Under the pieces are notes generated by a model. The model made no database searches and was not told where the DNA came from. It saw nothing but the letters and a program-made list of their open reading frames with translations. Positions 13,811 to 28,504 of a stretch of DNA of 64,000 nucleotides are shown piece after piece. The stretch lies in assembly GCF_009914755.1 (NCBI RefSeq), contig NC_060931.1, one strand, 5' to 3'. The position numbers and the translations under genes were made by a program. Source of the stretch: the human T2T-CHM13v2.0 reference genome, Homo sapiens. Numbering within the stretch: position 1 is the stretch's first letter; each line of letters begins with the position of its first letter.

Positions 13811-14204
13811 TGATTTTTATTGTACATTAAAATGTAATATAGTACTATATAGTTCCTGAGTGATGAAAAACAGCTTTCACAAACCCCATATTTCAAAATC
13901 TCTCAGGCTGCGTTAAAAAAATGTTCGCTCTTATTTTCACACACACAACACTAATTGGGGTGTGTTTTATGTTACTTGGCCTACAGCAGATTATGAGTGG
14001 CAAAGTAGACACGCAAGGCTGGCTGCTACAGGCAGATGTACAGATAGTGAAGTGACTGTCAGATTAGTATTGGGGCTGCAGATTTTTTTTTAATCAATTA
14101 AAGGAGGAATGAAATTATCACTGCAATTCAGAAAGAACAACAGTATGAGTCATTTAGTGTAAGAATCAATAGATCTTCACAACTCACTAGCTCTTTCAGG
14201 TAGT

Positions 14205-14415
14205 ACAGTGTGGTAGGGAAGGGATTTCATTTACTGGGTAAGGACACAGGTTTTGTAGTGAGACACTCTTGAGTTCATTGTCCTATTTCTATTACTTAGC
14301 AGCTGTAATAGAAATTGGTTCTGTAAAAGGGACTTATCAGACTCATCTTGTAGGATTTTTTCGGTGAGGGGAGGAGGGGAGATTAAATGAGGTAATATTT
14401 GAAAAGCACAGCATA
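14205..14415 (+). mobile_element. MIR SINE (degenerate)
   Basis: gattaaatgaggtaatatttgaaaagcac 3' motif plus a degenerate core. Confidence 0.6.
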
Positions 14416-15259
14416 GATGTGGATGCTACAAGCTGATAAACAATGGTCCCATCTCTGAGAGTCCAGGTGATGACCATGAATCATTAAAAGAAGGGCACAA
14501 TGTAATATGTGCACTCACTTACTTAGAGAAACAAGGAAGTGTACTGTAAATATTATCAATATTAAAATATTAAAATTATAAGGGTCCCAAGTAAAACATC
14601 TGTATCACACAAGGTTTTGACAAGAAACAGCCAATTCAAATGGAATGATTTGTGGATAATTTTACAGATGCATGGGCAGGGTAGTATACAGAAATCACTG
14701 GCTAAGGTGGGAAGGTTTCACATTACTGCTCCTAGGTCTAAGAGTAAGTAAGGGAAGTTAGCAGGACCTAGACCCAGTGAGGCTATGTGGAGAGGGCTGC
14801 TGAGACCTTTTGTGGAGAGACTCTCTCTCTGACTCCTTAGGGAGAAAGGTGGAGAAAAAACGATCTCGGTTTCCTTTTTCTAATCTGCTGATGCTATGCA
14901 TTGGAACCTACTGGAAGCCAGTGTGCAACGTAGCCTGCTGTTGAGGTTCACTCGAGTTAGCGCTCCGGGACTTGGAACAGGGTGAACAACAATATCGTTT
15001 TCATCTCCCAGACAAGGAAAGATGAAAAGAGCAACAATATGCAGTATGTAAACCTTAGAACATCTGCAAGCAAGATTAAAGGGCTTCTCTGTCTGGATTT
15101 GTGAGCGTTTACTTCCCCCTCTCTTCTCCACTCTGCTTTTGATTTTCTGTGGACAAGTCATGTGGTGATTTTAGATGAGTTTAGCCATATGCAACTTTTG
15201 CAGCAGGCGAATGTAGACATTCTTCTTGTTCCTAGACTGGCATCCTCACTCAACAGCCC

Positions 15260-15570
15260 TATTAGGTGCTCAGAATTGTGTTAGAGGCTGCGGGAGAAAC
15301 AGACAAGGAGGGAAACCCAATCCCTGTCATGCAAGAACTTACGATGTGATTAGGGATATAGGACAAACCCATAATATGGAGCAATTCAAGATGATGTATA
15401 ATTAAAATATGGTAGGAGTTCTGAAGAAGGCCATCAATGAGGACTTGGTGCAGAGGGAAGAAAGATTTGTTGGAGGGGACAGCACAGCTGAGCTGTAATT
15501 TGACAGTAGTTGAGGTAGAGAGGAGAGCATCCCAGGTGACCAGACTACATAAGCAAAGAAGTAAATTTTT
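15260..15570 (-). mobile_element. L2 fragment
   Basis: Degenerate antisense L2 3' region (tccctgtcatgcaagaacttac...gagctgtaatttgacag). Confidence 0.5.
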
Positions 15571-16344
15571 GGCTTCCAGCGGCACCAACCAGTAGAACAA
15601 CCATTACCCAGTGAGCAAGGTGGAATAGGCTGAGAGTTAGAGAATCTCAAATCTGGTTTTGGGAAAAATGTAATATAATAAGTCCCTGGGGAATAAGGTA
15701 GGGTTACTTTTTCATTTGCTGTCCTGTTAAATCTGGGATATAATGTGAAGAGATCAGAAAAATTTCTAATGTTGACTTTTTTTATTAATGTGGGATCTTC
15801 AAATGTGACCAGGCGAATTCAGTAATTTTCTCCAGTTTTTCTAAGTGCTGAATTTGCGAGGTGCTCACTGAGAATCTCAAAATAGTGAGGTTGATGGATT
15901 TACATTAATTATTATGGTTGCAGGAATTTAACTGACTCAAACCTCTCCCTAAGACAGAAAACTTAATTGACAGTGGAAATAAAAATAGAAATTTACATTA
16001 TCACTGTGAATATGAACACAATTATGATATATTTCAAGGATCTGACTTTCAAATGAGCCTTTACAAATAATTGCAAGCACCAATATCATATTTTATCTAT
16101 GTAAAATAAGTTATCTTCTTTCTCGTGTGGTTTTATGCTCTTAGGAGTTCTATGGTGAATTTTCGGTGTCCTCACTTGGCACTTAAAAAATTTTTTTTTG
16201 GCTGAACTCAAGATGCTTCTTTCTTTCATCTGTACCATTAGTTGATTTAACAAGTCTACCAGCCTTGCTTTGAAGAAGGAATGAAGGCTACAAATTGGGG
16301 GTTGACCCCACCACAACCCCCAATAAATGCAGAAGATGAAAAGA

Positions 16345-16545
16345 AAATAACATTTACTTAAAATTTTCTATCTACCTAGTCCTTTTATATTTTTGATGGT
16401 AGTAGTATCCATAGCAAGCTAGTAGAGGACTAATATCATTTCCAACTTATATTTGAGGAAACTGAGGCTCAGAGAGGGTAAATTGCCTAAGGTCAGACAG
16501 CTATAAACAGATGGAACTGGAGTTTGAACCAGGAACAATTAGCTC
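16345..16545 (-). mobile_element. MIR SINE
   Basis: tgaggaaactgaggctcagagagggtaaattgcctaaggtcagacagcta. Confidence 0.9.
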
Positions 16546-16964
16546 TTTATTCCAAACCTCATTTTCTTTATGTTAAAATAATCTATTTGCTGAATTAATT
16601 CTTAGACATTAATAATACTTTTATTTGAATCTCACAAATATTTTATACAAAATTACGTCTTGTACCTTGGAGAATAACAAAGTCAAGCAAAAATACAGAA
16701 CGACAATATTTTTTACTGTCTCAGACTCAGAAAGGAATCAGGGCTGATGCCCTAGTTTTGTTGAATGACCTCTTCCCCAGAGGTATCTGTTATTCTGACT
16801 TCTAACACCATAGATTAGTTTTCCATGTTTTGAATTTCATAGGCACAGAAGCATGCAGTACACATTTTTTTTCTGCATGTGGCTTTGCCTCAAAAATACA
16901 TTTTTGAGATTCATCCATGTTATTTCATGTGGCAATTGATTATTCATTTTAGTTGCTTGTAGTT

Positions 16965-17728
16965 CAGACTTCCCCTATCTAATGACTGTTCAGTTAATAA
17001 TATTCATTATGATGACTCTTAGAAATTTATACTATTTTTAAGGAATGACTCCTTTTTATTAAGTATAATGACTTTTTCACTGTAAAATATACTAAATAAA
17101 TATGCTGTAGGAAGTGATATTTGACAATGATTTCAAGGAGACACATTCACCAATAATCTTGACACAGTTGTTCCTGACCAAAGATTGTCACGTGAAACAA
17201 ATTCTAATTGTGTGACACATTTGCATGAACCCAAATGTGTTGTTTTGCATGTACATGCCATGAGAGAGGGATAAAGAGGTGGTTTATTTCAGTAGTTCTT
17301 CATTGTGTTGAGTGGATGTGGCATTTCCACTTGTTTCAAAGGGATCTCACATTTAGCTTTATTTTGCCCTCTATTTTGCTTTTCCGTACTTTATCAGTGC
17401 CATTTGAGTGCAAGAAACGCTTAACCCCCCAAATGTTGAAAAATTGTTATAGAAAATGGTGTAGAAAGAAGAAAAAAGACTGAATGCAAAAAACCTTCAT
17501 TACATTTTATGTGCAAACTATTCTAATCTATTGTTTTTTACATATATAAATTTATTATTCAATTTATTATTTTCTATCTGGATCTTATATCTTGGGTTAT
17601 TAGGATTAGAATGAAATATATTAGTTTTTTCCATTAAAACTAATATAAATATTTTTCTTTTAATGTTTTTGATTTAGTGACAGGGTTTTAAGGAATGAAT
17701 TAAAGTTCATCGGGCAAAGGATAGGTAT
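16965..17728. mobile_element. TcMar-Tigger-like DNA transposon fossil (Tigger12-like) inserted in the L1
   Basis: L1 sequence stops at ~16964 and resumes seamlessly at tattccac (~17728); insert begins CAG and has Tigger-like ends; family uncertain. Confidence 0.5.
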
Positions 17729-18210
17729 ATTCCACAGCACGACTATATCACAACTTATCCATTCTATTGTTGATGAATATTTTGGTAGTTTTCCTCTTTC
17801 TGCAGTTAAGAATAATGTTTCTAAAAATATCCTGTACAAGCTGTTTTGTGTGCACAGATTCACACTTCTGTTGGGTATAAACTTAGGAGTGGTTTTTCTG
17901 GATCACATAAATACATGTGACTAATAGACAATGCCAATGAATTTTTTAAAATGCTTGTAACAAATTACATTCCCACAAGTAGTATATGAGAGTTTTAGTT
18001 GTTTAAATCTTTGCAAACATTAGTTATCTTAGTATTTAAAATTTTATCCATTCTGGTGTGTATGTCAAAATCATTGTGGTTTTAACTTGCATTTTCCTGA
18101 TTATTGAAAAGTTGAGCACCTTTTCATACGTTTATTGGCCATTTGGATATTTTCTTTTGTGAAGTGTCTGTTCTCGTCTTTTGCCTGTTTGTCTGGCATA
18201 TTTCTATTGA

Positions 18211-18637
<427 letters not shown>

Positions 18638-19158
18638 TTCTTAACTTTATTGAAGCCCAGTGTATCTATTTTTCCTTTATGGTTTGAGTTCTTTTGTGTT
18701 GTTAAATAAATCTTTGACTACCTGAAGGTCACAAAATTGCTTTTTTATGTTATCTTTGAGATACTTGATTGTTTCACCTTTCACATTTAGATCTACAATC
18801 CACCTGGAATTGAGTTTTTGATGTGATGCGAAGTAAGGGTCAAGTTTCATTGTTTTCCGTATGGATACCCAATTGACTCAGCACCATTTTTTGAAAATAT
18901 GACCCTCCCTCACTTCTCTACAGTGTCATATTTGTCATAAATCAAGTGACCATATATGTATGGGTTTGTTCTGGCCACTCTGCCCTGTGTTGATCTGTCT
19001 ATTATGTATCAGTGGCACATTCGCTTAGTTCTTATAGCTTTATAATAAGTCCTAATAATTGGTAGAGGAAATCCTCCAACTATGTCCTCTTTATGCTTAT
19101 ACTGGCTATTCTTGGTCTGTCACATTTTATTGAAACTTGAGTTTCAGGTGGTCAACTT

Positions 19159-19166
19159 ACACACAC

Positions 19167-19197
<31 letters not shown>
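19159..19197. repeat. Interrupted (CA)n microsatellite
   Basis: Directly visible. Confidence 0.95.
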
Positions 19198-19872
19198 GGA
19201 CTGCTGGAATTTTGATTGGGATTGCACTGGAAATATAATTTAATTTAATTTTCAGAGAATTGATATGGTGTATAGTTTCATTTATTTATATCTTTAATAT
19301 CTTTTGAAAATGCTATATCATTCTCTGTATACAAGTCTTATGTATCTTTTATTAGATTAATTTCTAAATTTCTAAGGATTTGAGTTGTAGATGCTATTGT
19401 AGACTACAATACTTCATTGTTTTAAAACTTAATTTTCCAGTTTTTTGATGCTGGGGTAGAGAAATACAACTGGTTTTGACTTGGTATTCAGTCAAGTGAC
19501 CTGCTAAATTTACTTTTTAATTTCTATAACTTATTTACAGATTCTTTGGATTCTCTACATTCTCAATTATGTTGTCTGTGGATAATGACAGCTGTATTTC
19601 TTCCAGTCTCCCCTTAGCCCAAAGGTGGAGCTCTTTGAGGTCCCAGTCTAAAGCAGAAGAGGGTGATTTAGCCAGTTCCTTAAACTTGGTGGGTCTTGGA
19701 CTCTTACTTTGGTCTCCCCAGACCTTCAAGGCTGCTATTGTGCAATGGAGTCTCTTAGCTGTCTCTTCCAGATAGACAAAAGCTAACAGATGAAAGCTGC
19801 CTCTGAGTTCTCTCTTCTTTAAATCTTGACCTGGTTTTTCCTTACTGTTTTGTTAGCTCTTTGATGCTTTTA

Positions 19873-20181
19873 TTTATTTATATACTTTTTTTTTTCTTTT
19901 TTGAGATAGTCTTACTCTATCGCCCAGGCCAGAGTGCAGTGGCACAATCTCGGTTCACTGCAACCTCCATCTCCTGGGTTCAAGCCATTCTCCTGCCTCA
20001 GCCTTCTGAGTAGCTGGAATTACAGGCCTGCACCAGCACACCCAGCTAATTTTTGTATTTTTAGTAGAGATGAGGTTTCACCATATTGGCCAGGCTGATC
20101 TTGAACTCCTGACCTGAAGTGATGTGCCTGCTTCAGCCTCCCAAAGTGTTGGGATTACAGGCGTGAGCCACTGCGCCCAGA
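19873..20181 (-). mobile_element. AluS (Sx-like)
   Basis: Perfect 16-bp TSD ctctttgatgctttta at 19857-19872 / 20182-20197. Confidence 0.95.
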
Positions 20182-20780
20182 CTCTTTGATGCTTTTAAAA
20201 ATCTGTTTAAAATATTTTTAAAAATTTAATAACATTAAAAATATTTCATCCAGTATTTTTCAATTTGTCTTCAGTGAAAATATTGTATTAATTACCTAGC
20301 CTGCTATTACTAAAAGCAGAAGTTCATTGGATATTTTTCTATGGCAGCCTTGGGAAAGAAAAGATGGCAGGTTTCAGGACTGAATTCTTAAGTCTATTTG
20401 GGAGCAAAGAGATGAGTCATGGATGACGAGGCCTGACAGAGCCAGGTCAGAATGACCTTCTGGCTTTTGCCGTGCTCTGGGATTGCAATGCTCATGGACA
20501 AAGCTAAAATTGTAGAACCTTGTATACTGGGAATGGGTGTAAGAAATACTCCTGAGTGCCCGTGGAAACACCTTTCTTATCTATGCTAAACATAGTTGAT
20601 TGGTGTTCACCCAAAGCTGCTTTCCTTCAAGCATTCATGTTTATTTTTAATCCCTGGGACTGCAGTGTCACATGAGAGTCAGTTCAAGGAAGTGAAATTG
20701 AGTTCTAAATTGGATAGTATAGATGAGCAGATATGAACATGATAGAAAAGGCCTTTTACATGTTTAGAGACCAAGGATTC

Positions 20781-20782
<2 letters not shown>

Positions 20783-20818
<36 letters not shown>

Positions 20819-21104
20819 GAGACAGGGTCTCCCTCTGTCACCCAGCCTGGAATGCTGTGGTGTGAACACAACTGCAGCCTTGACCTGCTAAGCTGAAGTG
20901 ATCCTCCTGCCTCAGCCTCCTGGCTTCCTGAGTAGCTGGGACCACGGGTGCACATCACCATGCCTGGCTAATTTGTGTATTTTTTGTAGAGACCTGGTCT
21001 CAGCATGTTGCCCAGGCTGGTCTCAAACTCCTGGGCTCAAGCAATTCTCCCACCTTGGCCTCCCAAATTATTGGAATTGTAGGCACAAGCCACTGCACCT
21101 GGCT
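20783..21104 (-). mobile_element. AluJ with its tail converted to (CA)16
   Basis: (TG)16 at 20783-20814 directly followed by antisense Alu with ctcctgggctcaagcaat (J diagnostic). Confidence 0.9.
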
Positions 21105-21166
21105 GAAATCATTTGCTGAGTAGACTTATTTATTTCACAGCATTTGCTAAGTCATATCTACAAATA

Positions 21167-21508
21167 CAGTCATGTGTCCTTTAACAATGGGGATATGTCC
21201 TGAGAAATTCATTATTAGTCAATTTTGTCGTTATGTGAGCATCATAGAGTATATTTACACAAACCTAGATGGTATAACATACTATACATTTAGGCTATAT
21301 GGGATAGCCTATTGCTCCTAGGCTCCTAACCCATATAGCATATTACTGTACTGAATACTGTAGGCAGTTGTAACACAGTAGTATTTATGTATCTAAACAT
21401 ATCCAAACAAAGAAAGCAAAGTAAAAATACTGTATTGTAATCTTATGGGGCCACCGTTGCCTGTGTGGTCTGTTGTTGACCAAAATGTCATTATGTGGTG
21501 AATGACTG
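21167..21508. mobile_element. Tigger3a/MER7-type non-autonomous DNA transposon
   Basis: Terminal inverted repeats cagtcat.../...atgactg; TA on the left; internal acacaaacctagatggtata motif. Confidence 0.9.
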
Positions 21509-21756
21509 CAGTTGGCACACAGAAATAATTCTGCTGTATGGGGACTTAACTTGAAATGGTATTTATTATATGATATTTATTATAATGGATTTTTAGCTAT
21601 CATAATTCTGGGCTGGGTTTTCCATATATAATATGCATTCTGATGAGATTCCATCTGAAAACATGATACAAAACCTTATGCTAAGCAGCACACTTTAGGA
21701 AGGACTGAATCCAGTCATAGACCATCGCTGAGTTTCTTAAAATGTTGCTCCTCCCC

Positions 21757-22072
21757 GGCCAGGCACAGTGGCTCATGCCTGTAATCCCAGCACTTTGGGA
21801 GGCCGAGGCAGGCGGATCACGAGGTCAGGAGATCGAGACCATCCTGGCTAACACGGTGAAACCCCGTCTCTACTAAAAATACAAAAAATTAGCCAGGCGT
21901 GGTGGTGGGTGCCTGTGGTCCCCGCTACTCAGGAGGCTGAGGCAGGAGAATGGTGTGAACTCAGGCGGCAGAGCTTGCAGTGAGCCGAGATCACACCACT
22001 GCACTCCAGCCTGGGGGACAGAGCGAGACTCCATCTCACAAAAAACAAAAAACAACAATAATAACGACAACA
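21757..22072 (+). mobile_element. AluY
   Basis: gagatcgagaccatcctggctaacacgg diagnostic; 18-bp TSD aaaatgttgctcctcccc (21739-21756) / aaaacgttgctcctcccc (22073-22090); TT/AAAA site. Confidence 0.95.
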
Positions 22073-23869
22073 AAAACGTTGCTCCTCCCCTTGCCTTCCA
22101 CTTTTGAAAAATACTCTAATACTCTATTCCATAAGGAAGCATTGCCTCTTAAAAAATTTTTTTTCTACAAAAAAAAAAAAAAAAGATAAAACCCATCTTT
22201 CAAGAGCTGAAGGATCAGCAATCAATTTAAATTTTCACATGAAAATGGCTGAAGGCCTCTGGGAGTCTGTTGATCCAGCAATCATCCAGCTTTAGTTGAT
22301 TCAGGGCCACCTGAGCACTGGAGAGTCAGCATTTCTCTTTCTTTTCTAAGAGTCCAAGACTTTGTATGTTCTTCTTTAGCTATTAAGGAAACATGGCTTT
22401 TGACTATGTGTGCACTTCCTATGTAGGGGTATTTTGCAGTGTTATTAGAGGCAGAATGTTAAGGAAAATAGACATTTGCAATGAACATCTGTTATAAAGT
22501 TAGAAAGAGTCCGGTTTAGGGTATCACTAATCCCACACCATAAAAATATCTGGTTGAACGGTCATCGCTAATATTATTCATGGAGATTCAAGCTAAATAC
22601 AGTTAGTTCATCCTACTAGGACTCATTTGACTAGAACCTATCCTTTGCATCTAAATGTTGTAAATAAACCTTTAATAAATAGTTATCAATACAATATAGA
22701 ATAGTATATTCAGAATGCAGAAAGATCCTTTCAGGCTATAAGAGCATGTTTAATAAAATTCAGCTATGAGATATGAGATGGAGTAAGTAACAACAGCAGC
22801 GACATCCACCAAAGCCTCAGACAAACAAATAATTCATGCACATATATGTGAAAGTATCTCCTTCCCATACCTCCCAACAGAAATTATTATTTAATTAAAT
22901 GGGCAAAACCTTGAATTAAATTGATCTTATATACTGTACTCTATGGCCAAGAAAACCACCTCTGTTTTATGTGGTGGTAAACACACATAAATAATGGAGG
23001 TCAGAGAAACAGGATGAATTTATATTTCTAGTTGGTTTGAAAGGGTTTACAAATCGTGTGGGTTTGAAGAATAAATATTTTACAACCACATTTTATGCTA
23101 TCAGTTTGATATTTCAATATAAATTGAATAAATCCTCGATGTACCTTTTGTTTGCTATTACCCTTTGTAGAATAGTACCAAATAAAGGTTTTCAACAGGG
23201 AAGACAACAGGTGTCATCAGCAGAAAGAGAGACATGATTTTCACATTAAAGTGCCTTAGATGGCAATTAAATCAACAACAAAGCACTGATATAGAACCCT
23301 GAGATTCAAACGTCAGAGAAATGTGAATAATGCACAAAATCATGGTAAAAACACCAAATTATAGTTTCTTTGGAATAACATTGTATGTAATGCCAAAATA
23401 TGACAGGTATTACTGTCATGTGATATTGAGATATCTTGAGGCAATACACTGGGATAAATTCATTTCAATTGAAACCAGATTTTCAAAATTTACAGCTCCT
23501 GTAATGTATAGAGACAGAATACTTCTTGTAACACATGATTAAATAAACTCCATTTGGAGGGAGAGAAAGACAAGGGTTGGACACTTAGGCACTAAGAGTG
23601 GCCCTGTAAAGAAAATAGGAAATCAACAATCCCGAGACCCGTGTAAGTACCAATGCTTTCTAGGGTTATAAACTACTACTTCAGACACTCAGACAACTAA
23701 CTAGTATCTCCATTACTTCCCATTGTCTTCCAACTGTTTCTTTTTATTTCTCCAACTAGTGTTGGGCAAAGTAAAAGTTGAATACCCAAGCAGGCTTTCT
23801 TCCATTGCCACTAAGTCCCCACAAAGTTGCTTGAAGGATGCCCTAATGTATATGACTAGAAGAGGGAGC

Positions 23870-24650
23870 AAGAGGCTTGGAGGGACAACTATGGTCAATG
23901 ATGATATGACAGTCACTGGGGACACAGAGATGGTCAAGGAAGAGTTCTTGTCTTTAAAGTTTCCATAATGAGTTGAGAAGGCAAATATGTTAGCAAATAA
24001 TTGTAACCACACTATGTTGGTCATGATAAAATAGATTTGTATAAAATAGGGGTATGTGGGATGGGGAAGGAGTAGGGTGGAGGTGAGTGGTGGGGAAGGC
24101 ACAGGGAGAGCCCAGAGAGAGGTATCTCTCAAGCTGAATCCCTAAGGCTGAGCAGGAGTTCTCGAAGCAGGGAAGGGAGAAAAGGCCTTCTGAGTAGCAA
24201 GCATATGCCAAGACCTGGAGATGTTTAACAAATCAGAGTACAGGTGTGATGCTGGGAAAACCGGTGAGGGGACTGGAGAAAATGCACAGGACTCAAAAGT
24301 CTGAGGGTCACAGGCTCTGAATTTAGATGTTGTCTTATAGGCCAGAGGGACAAATATAAGGGCTTGAACAGAAGTGTAAAATTATTTGATTTGCTCTTTG
24401 GAAAGACCATTCTCTCTGCCTCATTGAGAGCTGATTGAAGAAAAACTAGGGGAACAATGACTAATTGGGAAGTCATTGCCAGAAACCAGGATTTGAACTA
24501 GGACAGAAGTGTGGTAGAGAAAGGTGTCAAGGTAACTACCAGATTTCAGGCTTGAGTTACCAGCAGTTTATCACTAGGATAGGGAATACAAATTTGGAAA
24601 TATAATCATTTGAGTTTTCGACATGCTGCATATGTGGTCCTGGATGATAG
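23870..24650 (-). mobile_element. L2 fragment
   Basis: Antisense L2 motifs (ttggaaagaccattctctctgcc; caaggtaactaccagatttcaggcttgag). Confidence 0.7.
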
Positions 24651-25259
24651 CTTGATTGATAGATGATAGTGTAGAGAGTATGGATAGAGGGAGGCTCAGC
24701 TTGGCATTGACCTTACAGGCAGAGGGATAGTCATCCGGATTGACTGGCAAGTACCTCTCTGGAAAGTGTTTATCTCCTGTATACAAAGCCCAGGAGAATG
24801 GGCAGCTTTCCTCCCTTCTACTGCGTGTCTAGTGTCACCACTCTACCCGAGCACTGCAACGGATGTGTAATTTAAAAGAAAAATAACCTGTGGGAGTTAG
24901 TGGGGTGCCAGTCACTCTCAACCTCATGTTAAATAGAGTAATAAATAGCTGAGCTCATCTTAAGTTTGGAGGAAGTGGGAGGAACTAGTTTTGGGATATG
25001 GGAGAATATGCAATTACTGGATAGTGGCAACTAGACAGCCAAGGGTGCATGACACCACCCAAATTAGGGGATTAGAATAAGGGAATGCCAACTGTCAGGA
25101 GGAACAAGTCCAGACAGGGAGGTGAGAGGGTCCCAATTATAGCACTTTGGAATTTTGTCCCTAGAGGGTCCTGTTTACTGCATTGCTAACAATCCCCCAC
25201 AGGTGGAGCGTAACACTCATGTACCAAGTACTTTTAATTTAAAGTAGATATGACCATAT

Positions 25260-25372
25260 CTGTGAGTCCATTTTACAGATGAAAAATCTGAAGCTTAGAG
25301 AGTTGAATAACTTGCTAAGTGGCACAGCCAGATCTTTCTGCCTACAAAGTCCATAATACTCTTTGTACTGTA
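25260..25372 (-). mobile_element. MIR SINE
   Basis: ccattttacagatgaaaaatctgaagcttagagagttgaataacttgc. Confidence 0.8.
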
Positions 25373-25769
25373 TCATATTTGATCCTGAGAGGAAAGAGGA
25401 AGGAAAATTAATAGGATGTGCGGAAGTGTTAAAGTAAGAAGAATGAGTAACATTATTAAAATGTGTTTGATAGATATAGGTCCTTAGAAAAGACATCTCC
25501 ATTACTTCTCGTTGCAGTGCCGATGTTCAAGCCTCTTCCCAGATCCTCAGATCTCTCACCAGGGTCCTAAGGATTGCATTTGAGATACGGCAAATCTGAA
25601 AATAATAATTTTACTTCTTCAAGGTATCAGTCACTGGTTATTAGCATTCCATCTAGTGGCTTTGCTACTCAAATTTATCTACCATGGAACATATTGGCAG
25701 TGGGAACATCTTGTCAACAGTGCTATGTTATAGAGAATATACAGAGTAAAGGCTTATCATTTTCAATGT

Positions 25770-25925
25770 CCTTACATGTCATTATCTCACATCAATCCTA
25801 CAAGATGACAGATTACAGAGTTAAGGAAATGGAGGACCAGAGAGGTTAAGTGACTTGCTCAGACCTACACGTCTAGTAAGAGTTGGTGCCAGTACTAGAA
25901 ATACAAGTCTTCTGACTTATTGGCA
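25770..25925 (-). mobile_element. MIR SINE
   Basis: cagagaggttaagtgacttgctcagacctacac. Confidence 0.75.
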
Positions 25926-28504
25926 ATATGCTTTCTGAGATATCACACAGACAGGGTGTGGAGAGATTGAGAGAGAGATGAGGGGATGGGAGGGAGAGGT
26001 TATATAATAGAGAAAAGGAATGCAAAGCAAAATCTAATAAAAATCCAGGGAACACGGAATCAACAACTTTGCTTTCAAATGCATCATTACGTTGTTTTCA
26101 TCCTTTTGTTTTGCCCACTGTTTTCAAAGATTTTTAGGCTCTCAAGATTTCGGTGAAGAGCCACTTGAGGTAGCCACACAGGCTTGTCACTAAAAGGTCC
26201 TGGAGCTGAGGAGTTAATGGACCCCAGAAGTCTACTGCCACTGCAGTCACGCACAGCATCAGAGTTACAATTTCCATGCTGGTAATGAGCTGAGCATGCC
26301 CCATGGTCTGAAACAGATCCATGGTAAGATGCTACTTGTTGCAAATAATAGCAACTGTGAACAGCATGCTAGTGGGGCTGACTCTGGGCCTGGGATCCAC
26401 TGTGGCACAAGTATCGCCAGTGAGATTTAATTGCTCACCTTGAGAGCCACTGTAGATAGGGCACAGGACATGGGGAGAACTGTTTCCACCCCTTGGATGG
26501 CAGTTCCTTCCACTTATTGGCTTTAGTGGGTGTCGGTCAATGTGCCTTACTTTTCAAAGAGCAATGTTGAATCTCTATCAAGTAATACAGCCAAGAGATC
26601 CTTCCAGTCTCTCCTGCAGCAGTTCAACAATTCTCAGGAAATATTTATTTCTGCTTATTAACAATGTTGACCAAGGATTAAGCGTTCTTATTTCTGGACT
26701 TTTTCTCTCCCTTGAGTTGTCTCTTTGGACAGGGAGCAGAGATGGCACCCAGGCATACCTACAAAACTTAATTGCTCCTTTCCCCTGGTTGTCTTGCCTG
26801 CCACTGCTATTGAAGCCAGGCTAATTAGTTTCTTCCAGAAATATCCATCCAAATCTGTGCTAGTCAAATCAAAATATCTTTTTAATATAGCTTTCAAGGT
26901 GCAGGGAGAGCATTGATCGTAATATCTCTGTTTCCCCTTGAATGCCAAGATGGAAAAAAAATATGTTCCAGTCAAATATCCCCCCAAAAAGAGCATGTCA
27001 AAGTATTAAATGCATCAGTGATAGCAAAATAGTTAAAACCCTGCTGTTGCAGCAGACTCGGGGTCATTACTTTTGATGAATATTTTCCTTTTTTTAAGAG
27101 GCATAGCTAATATAAGTAAGTAGACCAAAGAGGATATTTAAAATATATCCATAGATTGCCTTTTGTTAGGATCTTTAACCCTGGAAAATCATGTCCATAA
27201 TCGTAGCTCATTATCTTAATTAGATCTGTCCTACATTATCTCATGATTTATTCTCATTACTTCATAGGTGATCAGCCTTTTGAAAAGGATGTGAGCAGAA
27301 TTTGCTGATTTTTATTGTGATAGTGTCTGTCTTCTCTTTCAAACTCTATTTAGATCTTTTGGGTATAATAATGGTGATGCTATATTTAATTAAAAATTAC
27401 ATTAGAAAGATATTAATATTCATTCTACTGAATGAGCACAGGATTAACTCAAGAATTAAAACCTCTATAATGGCTAATGAGGTGAACTATGCTGGGATGC
27501 CCATAAAAACAGAAATGAATCATAAAAATGGCCTAAAGTCTGAAGCTTTTTGTCCTATTGTCATGCTGTTTGTATGGAAACCAGGGCTATCTGCTCACAA
27601 GTCACTTGAACATATGCTTGCCCCCAAGGGAGTGATGGTACCTGATGTTCAAGTTGCAGCTTCTTAGGATCAAGATTGTGTTGTCAGGAAGTTGTACCTT
27701 CTCTCTTCTTCTATCCCTCTCACTCGGGTTAAAAACATGAGGAATAGCTGTTTTAATACCTTGTCAGTTAACATGGGTTTATATCGTTTGAGGTAGGAAA
27801 TAAATACCACACTTTCAGTTTTCTGGTTTGTAATACAGATTGTAATATAGGAGAAAAATTACAGATGAAGAAGGCAGAATTTGGCTATTGATACAAAATA
27901 GGAAGGGAACATTGCAAGATTAAAGTTATTAGCAACTGTGTGTGGAGCAGTTATCTCTAGATGAGACATCACTGGGCAAATGCTGGCACCTTCTGGGGCA
28001 GGTTGGTCCTAGAGGGAGAAACAGTCCCAGGGCAGGGCAGACAATTAGGATTATGGAAGTTCACTGTCAGGAAACATGCTCATGGGCAGCTTACTCATGG
28101 CTGAAGGGAGGTCAAGGTAGAAAAGGTCAGGGCCTAGTGAGGAAACCATAGCTGAAAGACCAACAGGCTTGGCTGGCTACAGTTGATGAGTTTCTAGATA
28201 ATCGTTTTGTAGCAAATGTGGACAAAAATATGGAGTACAAAATCAAATTTTGTTCTGTCCTAAAGGTATCCTTGGAAGAAAGGTAAAGTGTGGTGGAAAG
28301 AGCTCTAAGCTGAATCAAAGAAATTTGTAGTCCTTCTTCATCTATAAGCCATTAATCAAATTGCTTAACCACTTTGGTCCTCAAATTCTTTATCTCTGAA
28401 ATTAGAAGGTTGAAGTAGAGCATGATCACTAAGGTCCTCCCAACTCTAGAGTTATAAGTTTATCTCACACGAAGAGTATTGCAATAAAAGTAAAAATATC
28501 AGGT

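Noticed and set aside
14580-15000. Possible old ERVL-type LTR fragment (also 24870-25200)
   Set aside because: Resemblance too weak to assign family or ends.
23713-24132. 139-aa hydrophobic ORF (also 27302-27667)
   Set aside because: No recognisable homology; the first overlaps an L2 fossil and the second has a non-ATG start.
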